Positions 10,695 to 22,417 of a DNA stretch of 64,000 nt are shown in pieces; the stretch's first letter is position 1; every line of letters begins with the position of its first letter. The DNA is from Mustelus asterias (taxonomy: Eukaryota). Below the pieces are notes generated by a model. It saw only the letters and a list, made by a program, of their open reading frames with translations, was not told the origin of the DNA and ran no database searches. The stretch lies in contig NW_027590160.1 in assembly GCF_964213995.1 (NCBI RefSeq), positions 62,001 through 126,000 on the forward strand, in the 5' to 3' direction. The position numbers and the translations under genes are program-made.

Positions 10695-11372
10695 CTCTGC
10701 CATTCGATCATGGCTGATATGCTCCTCATCCCCATTTTCCTGCCTTCTCCCCATAATCCTTCATCCCATAACCAATTAAAAATCTGTCTAACTCCTTAAA
10801 TTTACTCACTATCCCAGCATCCACTACACTTCGGGGTAGCGAATTCCACAGATTCACAATCCTTCGGGAGAAGTAGTTTCTCCTCATCCTTATCCTGAGA
10901 CTATGATTTCTCATCCTAGAATGCCCCACAAGAGGAAGCATCCACTCCACGTCAACTTTATCCATACCTTTTATCATCTTGTAAACCTCAATTTGATCTC
11001 GCCTCATTCTTCTAAATTCCAGAGAGTATAAGCCTAAACTGTTCAATCTCTCTTCATACAACAAACCCCTTATCTCTGGAATCAATCTGGTGAACCTCCT
11101 CTGAACTGCCTCCAATGCAACAACATCTTTCCTCAAATAAGGAGGCCAAAACTGTGCACAATACTCCAGGTGCGGCCTCACCAATGCCTTGTACAGTTGC
11201 AACAATACTTCCTTACATTTATAATCTATTCATTTAACTATAAATGCCAACATTCTAATTTGCTTTCTTTATTATCTGTTGTACCTGCATGCTAGTTTTC
11301 TGTGACTCATGAGGACACCCAGATCCCTCTGCACCGGAGCATCCCTGAGTCTCTCACCATTTAGATAATAAG
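10695..11372 (-). mobile_element. CR1 3' fragment
   Basis: LYKALVRPHLEYCAQFW...LEAVQRRFTRLIP. Confidence 0.85.
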
Positions 11373-11776
11373 TTGCAAGGGAGAAGATGGAATAGAATCT
11401 GGAGAAAGGTGAGAGTTCAGAGCTCAGAAAAAGAGTCTGGTCCGGCTGGTATAGTGGAAGGGAGGGAAGCAGCAGAGGCAGCTGATCAGGTTGTCTCAAT
11501 CTTACAAAGAAGCTCCATGAGCTCCTCACACTTGTTAGAGGTGAGGATGGAGGAGACAGGGGAGAGGGAGAGATTTTTAAAAGGAGCTAACTCGTGTTAG
11601 AGATATTAAAAAGACTCGACACACTGCGTGTTTAACACAAAGCTGATTTATGTGACTTTTATCCAGAACATTATCCCCTGTAACTGGGCTGGCATTTATA
11701 AATACCAGCAGAAACAGACTCCAATGAGCATTGCTCAGTGCTGGATGTGATCATCTACACAATCCAATCACTGTAA

Positions 11777-12478
11777 TTACTTGTGAACTCGCTGGTGTCT
11801 CAGCAGGTTGCCTGAGTGAATGAATCCCTTCCCACACTTGGAGCAGGTGAATGGTCTCTCCCCAGTGTGAACTCGCTGGTGTACAGTGAGTTGAGATGAT
11901 CGTCTGAACCCAGTCCCACAGTAAGAGCACCTGAATGGCTTCTCGTTAGTGTGAACATGTTGGTGGGACACCAGTTCCCCAGAACTTTTAAAGCATTTCC
12001 CACAGCCTGGGCATTGAAAAGGTCTCTCATCCGTGTGAACTCTTTGATGCGACACTTGTTCCCGAGAACTCTTAAAGCACTTCCCACATTTTCTGCATTT
12101 AAAAGGTCTCTCATCAGTGTGAATCTGCTGGTGTTTCAGCAGGTGGGTTGACTGAATGAATCCTTTCCCACACTCGGAACAGGTGAAAGGCCTCTCCCCG
12201 GTGTGAACCCGCTGGTGCAGGAGCAGGCTGTATGACTGAGTGAAGCCTAGCCCACACTCGAGGCAGATGAACGGTCTTTCCCCAGTGTGACTGCGTCGAT
12301 GCGTTGCCAGTTCAGACGGGTAATTAAACGCCTTCCCACAGTCCCCACATTTCCATGGTTTCTCCTTGCTGTGACTGCGAATGTGTTTCGCCAGGCCAGA
12401 TGATCGACTGAAACCTCGTTCACACACACAACACGTGTACAGTTTCTCCCCACTGTAAATAGAGTTTTTTCCTTCCAT
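11777..12478 (-). CDS. C2H2 ZNF locus 3, 8 fingers, intact
   Basis: MEGKN start and 8 finger units. Acceptor tttcacag at ~12588. Confidence 0.88.
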   Translation of the reverse strand: MEGKNSIYSGEKLYTCCVCERGFSRSSGLAKHIRSHSKEKPWKCGDCGKAFNYPSELATHRRSHTGERPFICLECGLGFTQSYSLLLHQRVHTGERPFTCSECGKGFIQSTHLLKHQQIHTDERPFKCRKCGKCFKSSREQVSHQRVHTDERPFQCPGCGKCFKSSGELVSHQHVHTNEKPFRCSYCGTGFRRSSQLTVHQRVHTGERPFTCSKCGKGFIHSGNLLRHQRVHK

Positions 12479-13120
12479 CTTCAAAATCCAATAATATTCA
12501 GGTTATGATAAACTCCACAACTCTGTCAGATTTTGATGTGATGCTTGGGTGGAATTTCCCAACTGCAAATACTCCTCTTCTAATTGCCTGTGAAATTGAT
12601 TTAAAACGGAAAAAAGAGAGTGAGAAAGAGCCCACAAAAACACAAAGGCAGATTGTGAAATTGAGCTGAATGAATCTGGTAATTTGTGGGGCCGGCACAA
12701 GGAAAAAGTGACCATGAAAATTGCTGAATTGTCATAAAAACCAACTGGTTTACGCATGGCCGTACCTGGGGTTAGAGAAAATGGGCAGGGTTTTTGCTCG
12801 CTCTCTGCGCTGTGTTTTGTGGAGATGGGAGGCCGCAGGCCGCCTGCTGGTGACAGGATCTTATGATCTCACCGTTGTCAATGGGGCTTCCTGTTGAACA
12901 CACCCCTCACTCTGGGAGACCCGCAGCAGGGGTGCACTGTCGGCGGAACCGTAAGATCCTGCCGGTGAGAACAGCAGCAAGATTTCGACGAATGTTTCAT
13001 GATGTACATAATGATTTCCAGGAGTAAAAACAGTGCAGAATTTGATGGTCAATGTAAGATTAGAAGTGGAAGAGAAATGGACAAGAACACAGAAATAAAC
13101 CATTCCTGACTGAAAAATAC

Positions 13121-13280
13121 TGTGGGTTAGGTTGATCGGCCATGGTAAATTGTCCCGTAGTGTCAGGGGATTAGCAGGGTAAATACATCGGATTACAGGG
13201 ATAGGGCTTGGGTGGGATTGTTGTCGATGCAAGCTCAACAGGCCAAATGGCCTCCTGCACTGTAGAGATTCTATGATTCT
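13121..13280 (+). mobile_element. V-SINE 3' half
   Basis: gggttaggttgatcggccatg...ttctatgattct, as in the other copies. Confidence 0.7.
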
Positions 13281-13724
13281 AAGATAAAGCTACTAAACCA
13301 GCAGCATAACTAAAATACAACCATTATTAGAGGCAGAGGAAGTTAGACAATGACAGAGAGGTGATCAGGGAGGGCAGAGGTGAAACAGAGCAATGAATGG
13401 ACATGGAATCAGATCCACAGTAGTCAGAACAGCCCCAGAGAGGTGGAACCAGAGTACAGATAACAGAGCACATCATTTAAAACTCTAAATTGTGGGTGAA
13501 TGGTCACAAACACTCACCTCTGAAACAATTTAACTGATTTCAATATTAAAATCTCCTGCTAGAGCCTGCAGCTGGAAAGATATCAGAAGCATTGGCATCA
13601 GAGAAAAATCTCCCATTTGAAGAAATCCCCGGGGAGCGGGGGTGATGTCACTGTGCAATTGTAAGTATGTGATGAGATCACAGACAGGAACACAGAACAT
13701 CTGGATCTGTGCAAACCAGTGATC

Positions 13725-13880
13725 ACCACACATTATGGAGGATGTGAGGCTCCTTGACAGGGTGCAGAGGAGATTTATCAAAATGGTTCCAGAGATGAGG
13801 AATTATAGTTACAATGTTAGGCTGGATAACTTGGGGTTGTTCTCCTTGGAGCAAAGTAGATTGATAGAGGTGTACAAGGG
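13725..13880 (+). mobile_element. CR1 fragment
   Basis: RVQRRFIKMVPEMR...LGLFSLEQ. Confidence 0.7.
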
Positions 13881-13927
13881 TACATGGAGGTGTCAAAGTT
13901 TACATGCTCTGTTTACACGTGTACAAG

Positions 13928-14030
13928 CTCTGACTATGGGTCATCCAGTCTCAAAACATTGGTTCTATTCTCTCTCCACAGATGCTGTCAGATCTGCTGA
14001 GATTTTCCAGCATTTACTGTTTTTATTTCC
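13928..14030 (+). mobile_element. Short Penelope-derived repeat, second family; also at ~17245, 24870, 27050, 37150, 45950, 48600, 49870 and 51930
   Basis: Recurrent gggtcatccagactcgaaac...acagatgctgtcagacctgctgagattttccagcattt with a degenerate hammerhead core. The same end follows the GIY-YIG remnant at 51418. Confidence 0.55.
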
Positions 14031-14114
14031 CTTTCTTTTTCCTTCTCTGTCACCGCTCTGCCTCATCAATAAGACATTGGGACTCAGAGGGTTGATGCAG
14101 TTTAATGGACATGT

Positions 14115-14152
14115 TCGCTTCTCGGCCTTTTGGCTAAGATCAAGTGTAGTAT
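14115..14152 (+). ncRNA. RNU2: U2 snRNA 5' fragment (nt 2-39); not a full gene
   Basis: tcgcttctcggccttttggctaagatcaagtgtagtat matches the vertebrate U2 5' end including the branch-pairing GTAGTA. A second partial copy lies at 14225-14245. Confidence 0.9.
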
Positions 14153-14318
14153 TGACATGCTGTGCTTGGTTGAAGTCATGAGGTTACATTTTAGCTGCAT
14201 TTGAAGCAATTTTTAAAAGCGGCATCTCGGCCTTTTGGCTAAGATGCAAATGAGATCAAGCCTTGGAGGAGGAGCTATGCCTACTCCAATCAGCTTGGAT
14301 CAGGTAGATCAAGCCCAA

Positions 14319-14756
14319 TAAGAAGTTTAACAACACCAAGTTAAAGTCCAACAGGTTTATTTGGTAGCAAATGCCACGAGCTTTCGGAGTGCTGCCCCCT
14401 CGTCAGGTGGAGTGGAGATCTGCTTACAAACAGGGCATGATGTGGAGATGCCGGCGTTGGACTGGGGTAAGCACAGTAAGAAGTCTCACAACACCAGGTT
14501 AAAGTCCAACAGGTTTATAAACCAGTTGGACTTTAACCTGGTGTTGTGAGACTTCTTACAAACAGGGCATACAGAGACATAAACTCAATTTACAGAATAA
14601 TGATTGGAATGCGAATCCTTACAGGTAATCAAGTCTTAAAGGTACAAACAACGTGAGTGGAGAGAGCGTTATCACAGGTTAAACAGACGTGAATTGTCTC
14701 CAGACAGGACAGCCAGTGAGATTCTGCAAGTCCAGGCAAGCTGTGGGTTTACAGAC
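14319..14756 (-). mobile_element. Penelope-like terminal repeats nested in the U2 element
   Basis: Penelope termini in tandem and inverted orientation. 13-bp TSD agatcaagcccaa at 14306-14318 and 14757-14769. Confidence 0.8.
14374..14410 (-). ncRNA. Minimal hammerhead ribozyme motif
   Basis: CCAC-CUGACGA-GGGGGCAGCACUCC-GAAA-GCU-C-GUGG. Confidence 0.65.
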
Positions 14757-14934
14757 AGATCAAGCCCAAGACAGGAGGTGAGAGCCCTGTCTTGTCAGCT
14801 TGGATCGGGAATGTCTCAACTTGTTGAGACTCTGAATTGGACTTAATTTGATTGAATTGGAATAGAAACAAAAAAAATGGACAAGCTGTCTCCATTCTGA
14901 ACTGGGGGAACAAGCTCCTCCCACTGATTGACAA

Positions 14935-15360
14935 CATTGCCCTCGACAAACATGGCGGCCGCACGTGCGCACTGCTGCATATTGCCCCCAATAAAGATGG
15001 CGAACGTTAACCCGGGACGAACATGAGGAGCTGCAGCCCTGCTCGGTACAAACTGGGTCCGGGAAGCTCTCTTCCGCGGTTTGCGGCTTACACAACATAT
15101 TTACGCAGCGTTTCCACCCACCTGGACGATCCATTGCTCTCTCCGTACCGCCAATCACCTCGAACAGATTTCCGAGCCCAAAACAAAAGCAGCTGTCCAT
15201 CGCCATTACTCTGTGCGCATGCGCCGGTCAAAGCTGGCCCCGCCCCTCATTCGCTCCTATTGGTTGGAGGACCGGCCGCTCCAGATCGGTCCTCCAGCAC
15301 TGCCCCCTCTTCCCATTGGTCCGCGCTGCCGTCAATCAGCCGGGCATTGTGACGGTGACT
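14935..15360. promoter_or_regulatory. CpG-island promoter, probably driving locus 3 or bidirectional
   Basis: YY1-like aacatggcgg and aagatggcg, NRF1-like tgcgcatgcgc, and the family CCAAT/inverted-repeat module at 15237-15355. Confidence 0.65.
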
Positions 15361-15390
15361 TGCTGCTTGTCCAATAACAAGTGACAGAGT

Positions 15391-16097
15391 CTCAGTGTAA
15401 CAATGACACACACAGGCTCCAATCCAATCAGAGTGGGGATGGAGCACAGAGACAACACAGCAAAGCACTGACTTACTCTGAGTGTAACAGTGACACACAC
15501 AGGCTCCAATACACTCAGAGTGGGGATGGAGCACAGAGACAACACAGCAAAGCACTGACTTACTCTGAGTGTAACAATGACACACACAGGCTCCAATACA
15601 ATCAGAGTGGGGATGGAGCACAGGGACAACACAGCAAAGCACTGACTTACTCTGAGTGTAACAGTGACACACACAGGCTCCAATACACTCAGAGTGGGGA
15701 TGGAGCACAGGGACAACACAGCAAAGCACTGACTTACTCTCAGTGTAACAGTGACACACACAGGCTCCAATACACTCAGAGTGGGGATGGAGCACAGGGA
15801 CAACACAGCAAAGCACTGACTTACTCTGAGTGTAACAATGACACACACAGGCTCCAATACAATCAGAGTGGGGATGGAGCACAGAGACAACACAGCAAAG
15901 CACTGACTTACTCTCAGTGTAACAGTGACACACACAGGCTCCAATACACTCAGAGTGGGGATGGAGCACAGGGACAACACAGCAAAGCACTGACTTACTC
16001 TGAGTGTAACAATGACACACACAGGCTCCAATACAATCAGAGTGGGGATGGAGCACAGAGACAACACAGCAAACACTGACTTACTCTGAATGTAACA
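15391..16097. repeat. 87-bp minisatellite, ~8 copies
   Basis: Units start at 15391, 15478 and so on, giving the 29-aa periodicity in all overlapping ORFs. Confidence 0.95.
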
Positions 16098-18229
16098 AAT
16101 ACAATGTTTGTTCAAATAATAAGTCACGTTGCAGTATGTTCGTGAACACAGCATTAGATCCAATGTAATGATAATACAGTCAGTATCTAGTGTACCATAA
16201 CCAGAGTTTAGGTTTCATTTGATAGTGTGAGTGAGTCATGGTCTATTGATATAATGTATTTAAATTCCGGTGTGTGTTACTCTCCCACTGTCGTTATCAG
16301 ACAATAACCTGTCTGTTATTCCAATTCTGCTGTATTTTACAACTGCAGCTCCTGGGGCTGATTGGAGTCTGGTATAATAATCACAAAGGTCGGTTTCAGT
16401 GTCTCTGAGGTCATTTAACTGCAGGTAATCTGACATTAAGGGAGACAAGAGGCCCAACAAACATTTGATTACAATAGGAGAACAAGGTGTAAGGGAGCAA
16501 TGATATTTTAAGGTGTCTGTGTTATGGTGAGTGATAAAATAGAAGTGGAAACATCATGACAGATACATGTGACTGACTCGGCCTGACTGAGAGCTGTTAT
16601 ACTCGAGGCGAGACTAATGAGGACATGGGGAACTCCAGGAATTTCTGATATCTGAGGTGTGTCTGTTAGAGGAACTAAAAATAATCAGTTCCTTCTCATG
16701 GTTATCTGCAGTTCTCAAGTTACACAGACACACAGGAAACAGGTCTGATAGCTCATCAAACCCAACGTTTTAATATTCAGTTTGAGACACATTGTGACTG
16801 AAAAGATCAAATATTAAAACCTTAGGGGAGAAACATTCAGAATGTCACAAAGATGAGTGAACTGTCCAATTAATCCCAATCACCATAACTCTGCCAATTT
16901 ACCTTCTGCAAGTATTTATCCAATTCCCTTTGAAAGTTAATATTAAACCTGCTTCTAGCACCTGTCAGTTTGTGCATTCCAGATCATATCAAGATATTGT
17001 GTTAAAAATTCTCCTTATCACCCCTTCCAGTTCCGTTGTTAATTATATTAAATCTCTGTGTCCTCTGCTTACAGACCCTCCTGCACCTGGGAAATAGATT
17101 CTCTCCATCGACAGACTTCCTGCTCCTGGGAAATAGTGTCAATGGAGAGAAACTATCATAAATCATTTGTCATTTTAAACATCTCTATTAAATCACCCCA
17201 TCACATTCCCTAATCTAAGATGGAAAGCCCATGTTTTTCCTGCCCTGAAGAATTATATGGACTCAAAATGTTAACTGTTTCTCTCTGAACAGATGCCGCC
17301 GGACCTGCCGGGTTTTTCTGCTTTTCTCCCTGCTTTTCCTTCGAAAATCAATCAGAAACTCTTCATGATTTTGAACATCTTGATTAAATAGGAACACACA
17401 GAGCCTGAGAAAGATACAGAGGGGGAGAGAGAGACGGAAAGACTGAGAGAAAAATTGAGGAAGAATTTAAAAAGCAGAAAGATGAGGTGGTCAAAAATAA
17501 AAGTTGAGAAACAGAAGAAACAAGCAATACAGAGAGAACAATCTAGAATAAAAGGGAGCAGGCTATCAGTTCCCAGCTGTGGGGAGCAGAGGGAACTCAG
17601 TAACTGATCCACAGACACAGCTGGTTATATCTGCGAATGGAAACTCTGAACAGAAATAACAGGCTCATTTGTAAATGTCACCACAATGTGATCTGTGTGA
17701 CTCTGCCCTGACTCTGTGGACAGATATAGGTCACATTGACAGATGTTCTCACCAGATTGTGGTCCCTGGATTTATTTTCTGCTCAGAAGTGAGATGTGAG
17801 GTTTGGAACCGGCAGCAGAGAAACAGGAAGTTGTGATACCTGAGAATGAAACAGCCGGCGTCAGTTTGATGTTATCACCATGAACAGTCTTCCTGTCTGT
17901 GAGGGTGAACTCACTCTGACAGCACCAAGAACAACCACACAGATTGCTACCGGTCTCAGCATTACATTCACCTCCATTCCCATTTTAAACAATAAAGAAA
18001 GGAGATTATTTAGACTTTTAACACATTCACTGAATTGGGAGATGGACTGAGGGTCATCACTGGGAGAAATGAGGAGGAATTAGAGAACAAATGAGTTTTC
18101 CCAAAGAGGGTTATTAGAAAAGAGGAGATTTAAAGTGAGTCAGGGCCTGTCAGAGGAAGTGGGAGAGAGAAACAGAGAGGATTGAATCTCCATCAATTAG
18201 ATGTTTTCTCAGACAGCGAAGAGAGATGA

Positions 18230-18570
18230 AGTGTGTTTGTGCTTTTTCAGAGAGAGGTAATGAGAGAGAGAAAACAATGAATAAGTTTAAGCAGATCTGA
18301 AATAGGAAGGTGAAATGAGTGAGTGTTTGAAAGAAAGATAGAGAGACATTAAGTGATGAAGACAGTTTCTGAGAGGAGAGAGGTTAAGTGAATGTGAGAG
18401 AGGAGCGAGGTTAGAGTGTAAGAGAGGTGGAAGGTAAGGTGTGAGTGAATGCCTGGAGAGAGAGAGAGAGACGTTCAGTGAGTGTGAGAGAGATGAGAGA
18501 TGTTGAGTGATTGAGTTTCTGAGAGAGAGGAGATGTTAAGTGAGTGAATGTCTGAAAGAGAGGAGAGCAG
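18230..18570. repeat. GA-rich low-complexity region
   Basis: Degenerate gagagag/gtgagtg runs. Confidence 0.6.
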
Positions 18571-19466
18571 GTTCACACCCAGGGATCACTGAGAATGATC
18601 AAAATAAGGAGGTCACCCAGAAAACTACCAACAGGAAACTTCAGCTGAACACATCACTCATTCTTAAATGATCAGTCAGGACTCTGATGCTGCTCAGCTT
18701 CTCTCTGTTCTGTTTATAATGGTTAAAGGCTGATAGGAGTGAGGTTTATTTAAAAGGATAGTGTATGGGAAGCACACATCAACAAAACTGAGAATTCTTG
18801 GACACACACTGCAGCTCCTTCTCTATCTGGGAATCAAATTGTTGTCTCATTGTCCCAGCAGTTAACAGGGTCCTTTGAACGTCTCCAGCTGCTACTTTAA
18901 TGCAGACTTCAACCAATTTATTTGAAGCCAGTTTCTGGTCAATAAACCAGGACTGACACACACACACATTAAAACGTTTTAGACTTTTTTTCATTTTTAG
19001 CTTGGAAACATAAACCTGCCGTTTCACTCTCAGTCAGGAATAGATCCCAGTTTTACACCAATCTTTGACAGCACGTTTCCCGCATTCACCGTTGTTCTTC
19101 CTGACTCTAAACACAGTTGTAAAGGAGCTTCTGTTCCGTGTCCAGGAGCTCTGAACCATGGAAAAGAACGACTGGGACACATTTCTCACACACCTCAGGA
19201 TTCACCCACACGGGGACTTTGCTGTCAGTGAAAAGTGACGAAAAAGACCAAAGTGCTGTTTGTCCCTCTCAGCGTGACCCTGAAGGACTGGGTCAAGAAT
19301 GAAGTTCTGTTCCTACTGTATGATCCTCCCTCAGATTGCCCTTTCTGAGCTCCAGCCTGGTGACGTTAAACACTCAAATGGAAAAAACAAAAATCTACAA
19401 CAATGATTCAATCAAATGTCTATTTCACATTTATTCAGAATATCAAACCTCAACAGAAGAAAAAAG

Positions 19467-20633
19467 TCAGAGAGAACATGATTCAGACCTGGATATGATT
19501 AACAGCATCGATAAGTGGAGAATCCAAACCTTGCAGTCGTTTGTGAACTTGCCGGTGTTACTTAGCAGGTGGGATGACTGAATAAATCCCTTTCCACAGA
19601 CATTACAGGTGAACGGCCTCTCCCCAGTGTGAACTCGCTGGTGGTTCAGAAGATAAGATAAATGAGAAAATTCCTTCCCACAGACAGAGCAGGTAAATGG
19701 CCTCTCCCCACTGTGAATTCTCTGATGTGTCAGCAGGTTGGATGACTGACTGAATCCCTTCCCACACATGGAGCAGGTGAACGGCCTCTCCCCAGTGTGA
19801 ACTCGCTGGTGATTCAATAGGTTGGATGAACGAGTGAATCCCTTCCCACACACGGAGCAAGTGAATGGCCTCTCCTCACTGTGAACCTGCTGGTGTGTCA
19901 GAAGGTTGTATGAACGGGTGAATCCCTTCCCACATTCAGAGCAGGTGAACGGTCGATCCCCTGTGTGGAGCTGCTGGTGTATCAGAAGGTTGGATGAATT
20001 AATGAATCCCTTCCCACAGTCTGAGCAGGTGAAGGGCCTCTCCCCAGTGTGAATTCTCTGGTGGTTCAATAGGGCAGGTGGACGGCTGAATCCCTTCCCA
20101 CACACACAGCAGGTGAATGGCCTCTCCCCAGTGTGAGTATATTGGTGCGTCAGCAGATCCTTTTTGTTTTTAAAGCTCTTCGCACAGTGGGAACAATTAA
20201 AAAGTTTGTTATCAGAGTGAACAAGTTGATGTGTCTGCAGGTGGGATGACTGAATGAATCCTTTCCCACACACAGAGCAGGTGAATGGTCTCTCCCCAGT
20301 GTGAATACGTTGGTGCGTCAGCAGATCTTTTTTGCATTTAAAACTCTTCTCACAGTCAGACCATGTAAACATTCTCTCATCTGTGTGAACAAGTTGGTGT
20401 GTCACAATGTGGGATGAGCGAGTGAATCCCTTCCCACACACAGGGCAGGTGAACGGCCTCTCCCCAGTGTGAACCCGTCGGTGAGTCAGAAGGTTGTATG
20501 AATGGGTGAATCCCTTCCCACAAACAGAGCAGGTGAACGGTCTCTCCCCAGTGTGACTGCGCCGATGAACTTCCAGCTGTGATGGGAAACCGAATCCTTT
20601 CCCGCACTCCACACATTTCCACGGTTTCTCCAT
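19467..20633 (-). CDS. C2H2 ZNF locus 4, 13 finger units (4th degenerate, last frameshifted)
   Basis: MEKPWKC start. Finger 4 has W for the first Cys. The last finger shifts frame before HxxxH. Acceptor tttttacag at ~20987. Confidence 0.85.
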   Translation of the reverse strand: MEKPWKCVECGKGFGFPSQLEVHRRSHTGERPFTCSVCGKGFTHSYNLLTHRRVHTGERPFTCPVCGKGFTRSSHIVTHQLVHTDERMFTWSDCEKSFKCKKDLLTHQRIHTGERPFTCSVCGKGFIQSSHLQTHQLVHSDNKLFNCSHCAKSFKNKKDLLTHQYTHTGERPFTCCVCGKGFSRPPALLNHQRIHTGERPFTCSDCGKGFINSSNLLIHQQLHTGDRPFTCSECGKGFTRSYNLLTHQQVHSEERPFTCSVCGKGFTRSSNLLNHQRVHTGERPFTCSMCGKGFSQSSNLLTHQRIHSGERPFTCSVCGKEFSHLSYLLNHQRVHTGERPFTCNVCGKGFIQSSHLLSNTGKFTNDCKVWILHLSMLLIISRSESCSL

Positions 20634-21429
20634 GGTGCCCTTGTGTTTCTCCAGGTTGGATGATCAGTTCAAGCCACATCCACACACACAACATACACGT
20701 AGTTTCACCCTGCTGTGAACTGTGATGTTTTTTCAGGCTGTGTAACTGGTTAAAGCTCTTTCCACATTCAGTTCACTGGAACACTCTCACTCGGGTGTGT
20801 GTTTGTCTCGATACTTTTCCGGTCATACTGATGTTTAATTTCTTTGCCCACAGGCAGAACAGACAAATATTTCTCCTTCCACATTCAAAGACCGATGATA
20901 TTCAGCTCCGAAGGAACTGAATGACTTTGTCAGATGTGATGTCCGGTTTGAGTTTTCTGTCTGCCAATCTTTCACTTCCAATATCCTGTAAAAACAGTTT
21001 AGAAAAGTCATCACTGTCAGAACACGATACAAACTCTGAACAGACAATTCTAGTTTCTCTGGAACATTTTTTCCTTTCTTGTTCCCCCAAATCAGTAAAT
21101 CCCCGTCCCACACACTCTCCCTCCTCCCTGGGCTGAAATCCAAACCCATCTCACCATTTCTTTCCTCCACTCCCAGTTTTCTCCCTCCCTCTCCTCTGTC
21201 TGGGTTCAGTTCTCCAGCTCCTGTCTGCAGACTGACAATAAAACGAATGGGTCTTATTGGTGGTGTTGGGGCCTCCAGCGGGTGTTTGTGAATCCTCCCC
21301 GCCCACCTCCCAGGGTTTCCTTCCTTCCCAGAGATCAGAGTCCTCATTGATTTGAGGCCAAAGTGTAACCTCTTATTTATTGTCCCCCTCCCCCATCCTC
21401 TGATGTGAACCATCCTCCAGTGGCTGAGC

Positions 21430-22120
21430 CAGGATGGGGCCGTTAACCTGGGCCTGTTCCCGGGAGGGAGAAGCCCCGCAGCTGCAAACCAGGGAGCTGA
21501 CAATGATTCTGAAGGGTTTCCGGATCCACAAAGTGTTTCCAAATCCTCCCAGCCACCGCCTAACGCTGACTCCGCTTCTCCGGGACAAACAAGCGCCAAG
21601 GACAGCAATGACACTGCGCATGCTCCACATCACAATGCCCGGGGATTGATTGACGGCAGCTCCGGACCAATAGGAAGAGGGGGCAAGACTGGAGGACCGA
21701 GCGGGAGTGGCTGGTCCTCCAACCAATCGGAGTGAATGAGAGGCGGGACCTGAAGCATGCGCAGTGCGGGTGAACCAGATAAACCTGTTGGACTTTAACC
21801 TGGTGTTGTTGACTTGTTGCTGTGTTTACCCCAGTCCAACGCCGGCATCTCCACATCAGTGCGGGTAATGGCGACAGACGGCCGGTTTTAGTTTGGAAGG
21901 GAGATCAATACGAGGTAGTGGGCGGCGTGCGGGGAATGATAAATGTGGCGGGTGGGTGGAGAGACTTTGTAAACATGTTGTTCAAACCCAAACCCGGAAA
22001 TGAACTTCCCGGTCCCCCCCTTTGTAGCAAATGGAGCGACAGCTTGTGGTGTTAGACCCGGGCTGACTGCCGCCATTGAGGCTGCATGTGGGAGGCCGGC
22101 AGGGATTGTGATCGGAGAGT
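21430..22120 (-). promoter_or_regulatory. CpG-rich promoter and first exon region of locus 4
   Basis: Family module at 21625-21770, NRF1-like gcatgcgca, and an ETS-like pair ccggaaatgaacttcccgg at ~21994. Confidence 0.65.
21772..21856 (+). mobile_element. Penelope terminal fragment inserted in the promoter
   Basis: TSD cagtgcgggt at 21762-21771 and 21857-21866. The empty site is present in the duplicate at ~41026. Confidence 0.8.
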
Positions 22121-22127
22121 GAAGCCC

Positions 22128-22211
22128 TGACATCACAATGGAATGGGTGAGGGTGTGACATCACAATGGAATGGGTGAGAGTGTGACGTCACAATGGAAT
22201 GGGTGACGGTT
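22128..22211. repeat. 28-bp CRE-containing repeat, 3 copies
   Basis: tgac(g/a)tcacaatggaatgggtgagagtg. Confidence 0.85.
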
Positions 22212-22261
22212 CCAGATGAGCTGAGACTGGGCTGGAGTCGGGCGATGGCACTGACATGTGG

Positions 22262-22417
22262 CCCGGTGGCACAGTGGTTAGTGCAGCTGCCTAACAGCGC
22301 CAGGGACCCGGGTTCAATTCCAGCTTCGGGTCACTGTCTGTGCAGAGTATCTACATTCTCCCCGTGTCTATGTGGGTTTCCTCCGGATGTTCCGGTTTTC
22401 CTTCCACAGTCCAAAGA
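22262..22417 (+). mobile_element. V-SINE 5' part
   Basis: tggcacagtgg A box, ggttcaattcc B box and V-domain. Confidence 0.8.

Larger units (their letters stand above)
14114..14877 (+). mobile_element. U2-snRNA-headed retroposon (~310 bp after removing a nested Penelope insertion)
   Basis: U2 5' sequence at 14115-14152, A-rich tail at 14861-14877, and candidate TSD aatggaca(t/a)g at 14104-14113 and 14876-14885. Confidence 0.7.

Noticed and set aside
14115-14152. Functional U2 snRNA gene
   Set aside because: Only ~38 nt match; the rest of U2, including the downstream stem-loops, is absent.
15247-16163. Long Cys-rich, hydrophobic or Gln-rich repetitive ORFs on both strands
   Set aside because: Produced by an 87-bp (multiple of 3) minisatellite that is open in several frames.
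20835-21614. 259-aa ORF across the locus 4 promoter and intron, and similar ORFs at 250-825 and 54294-54828
   Set aside because: GC-rich stop-poor sequence with non-ATG starts; crosses a splice acceptor; frames not conserved in the duplicate.
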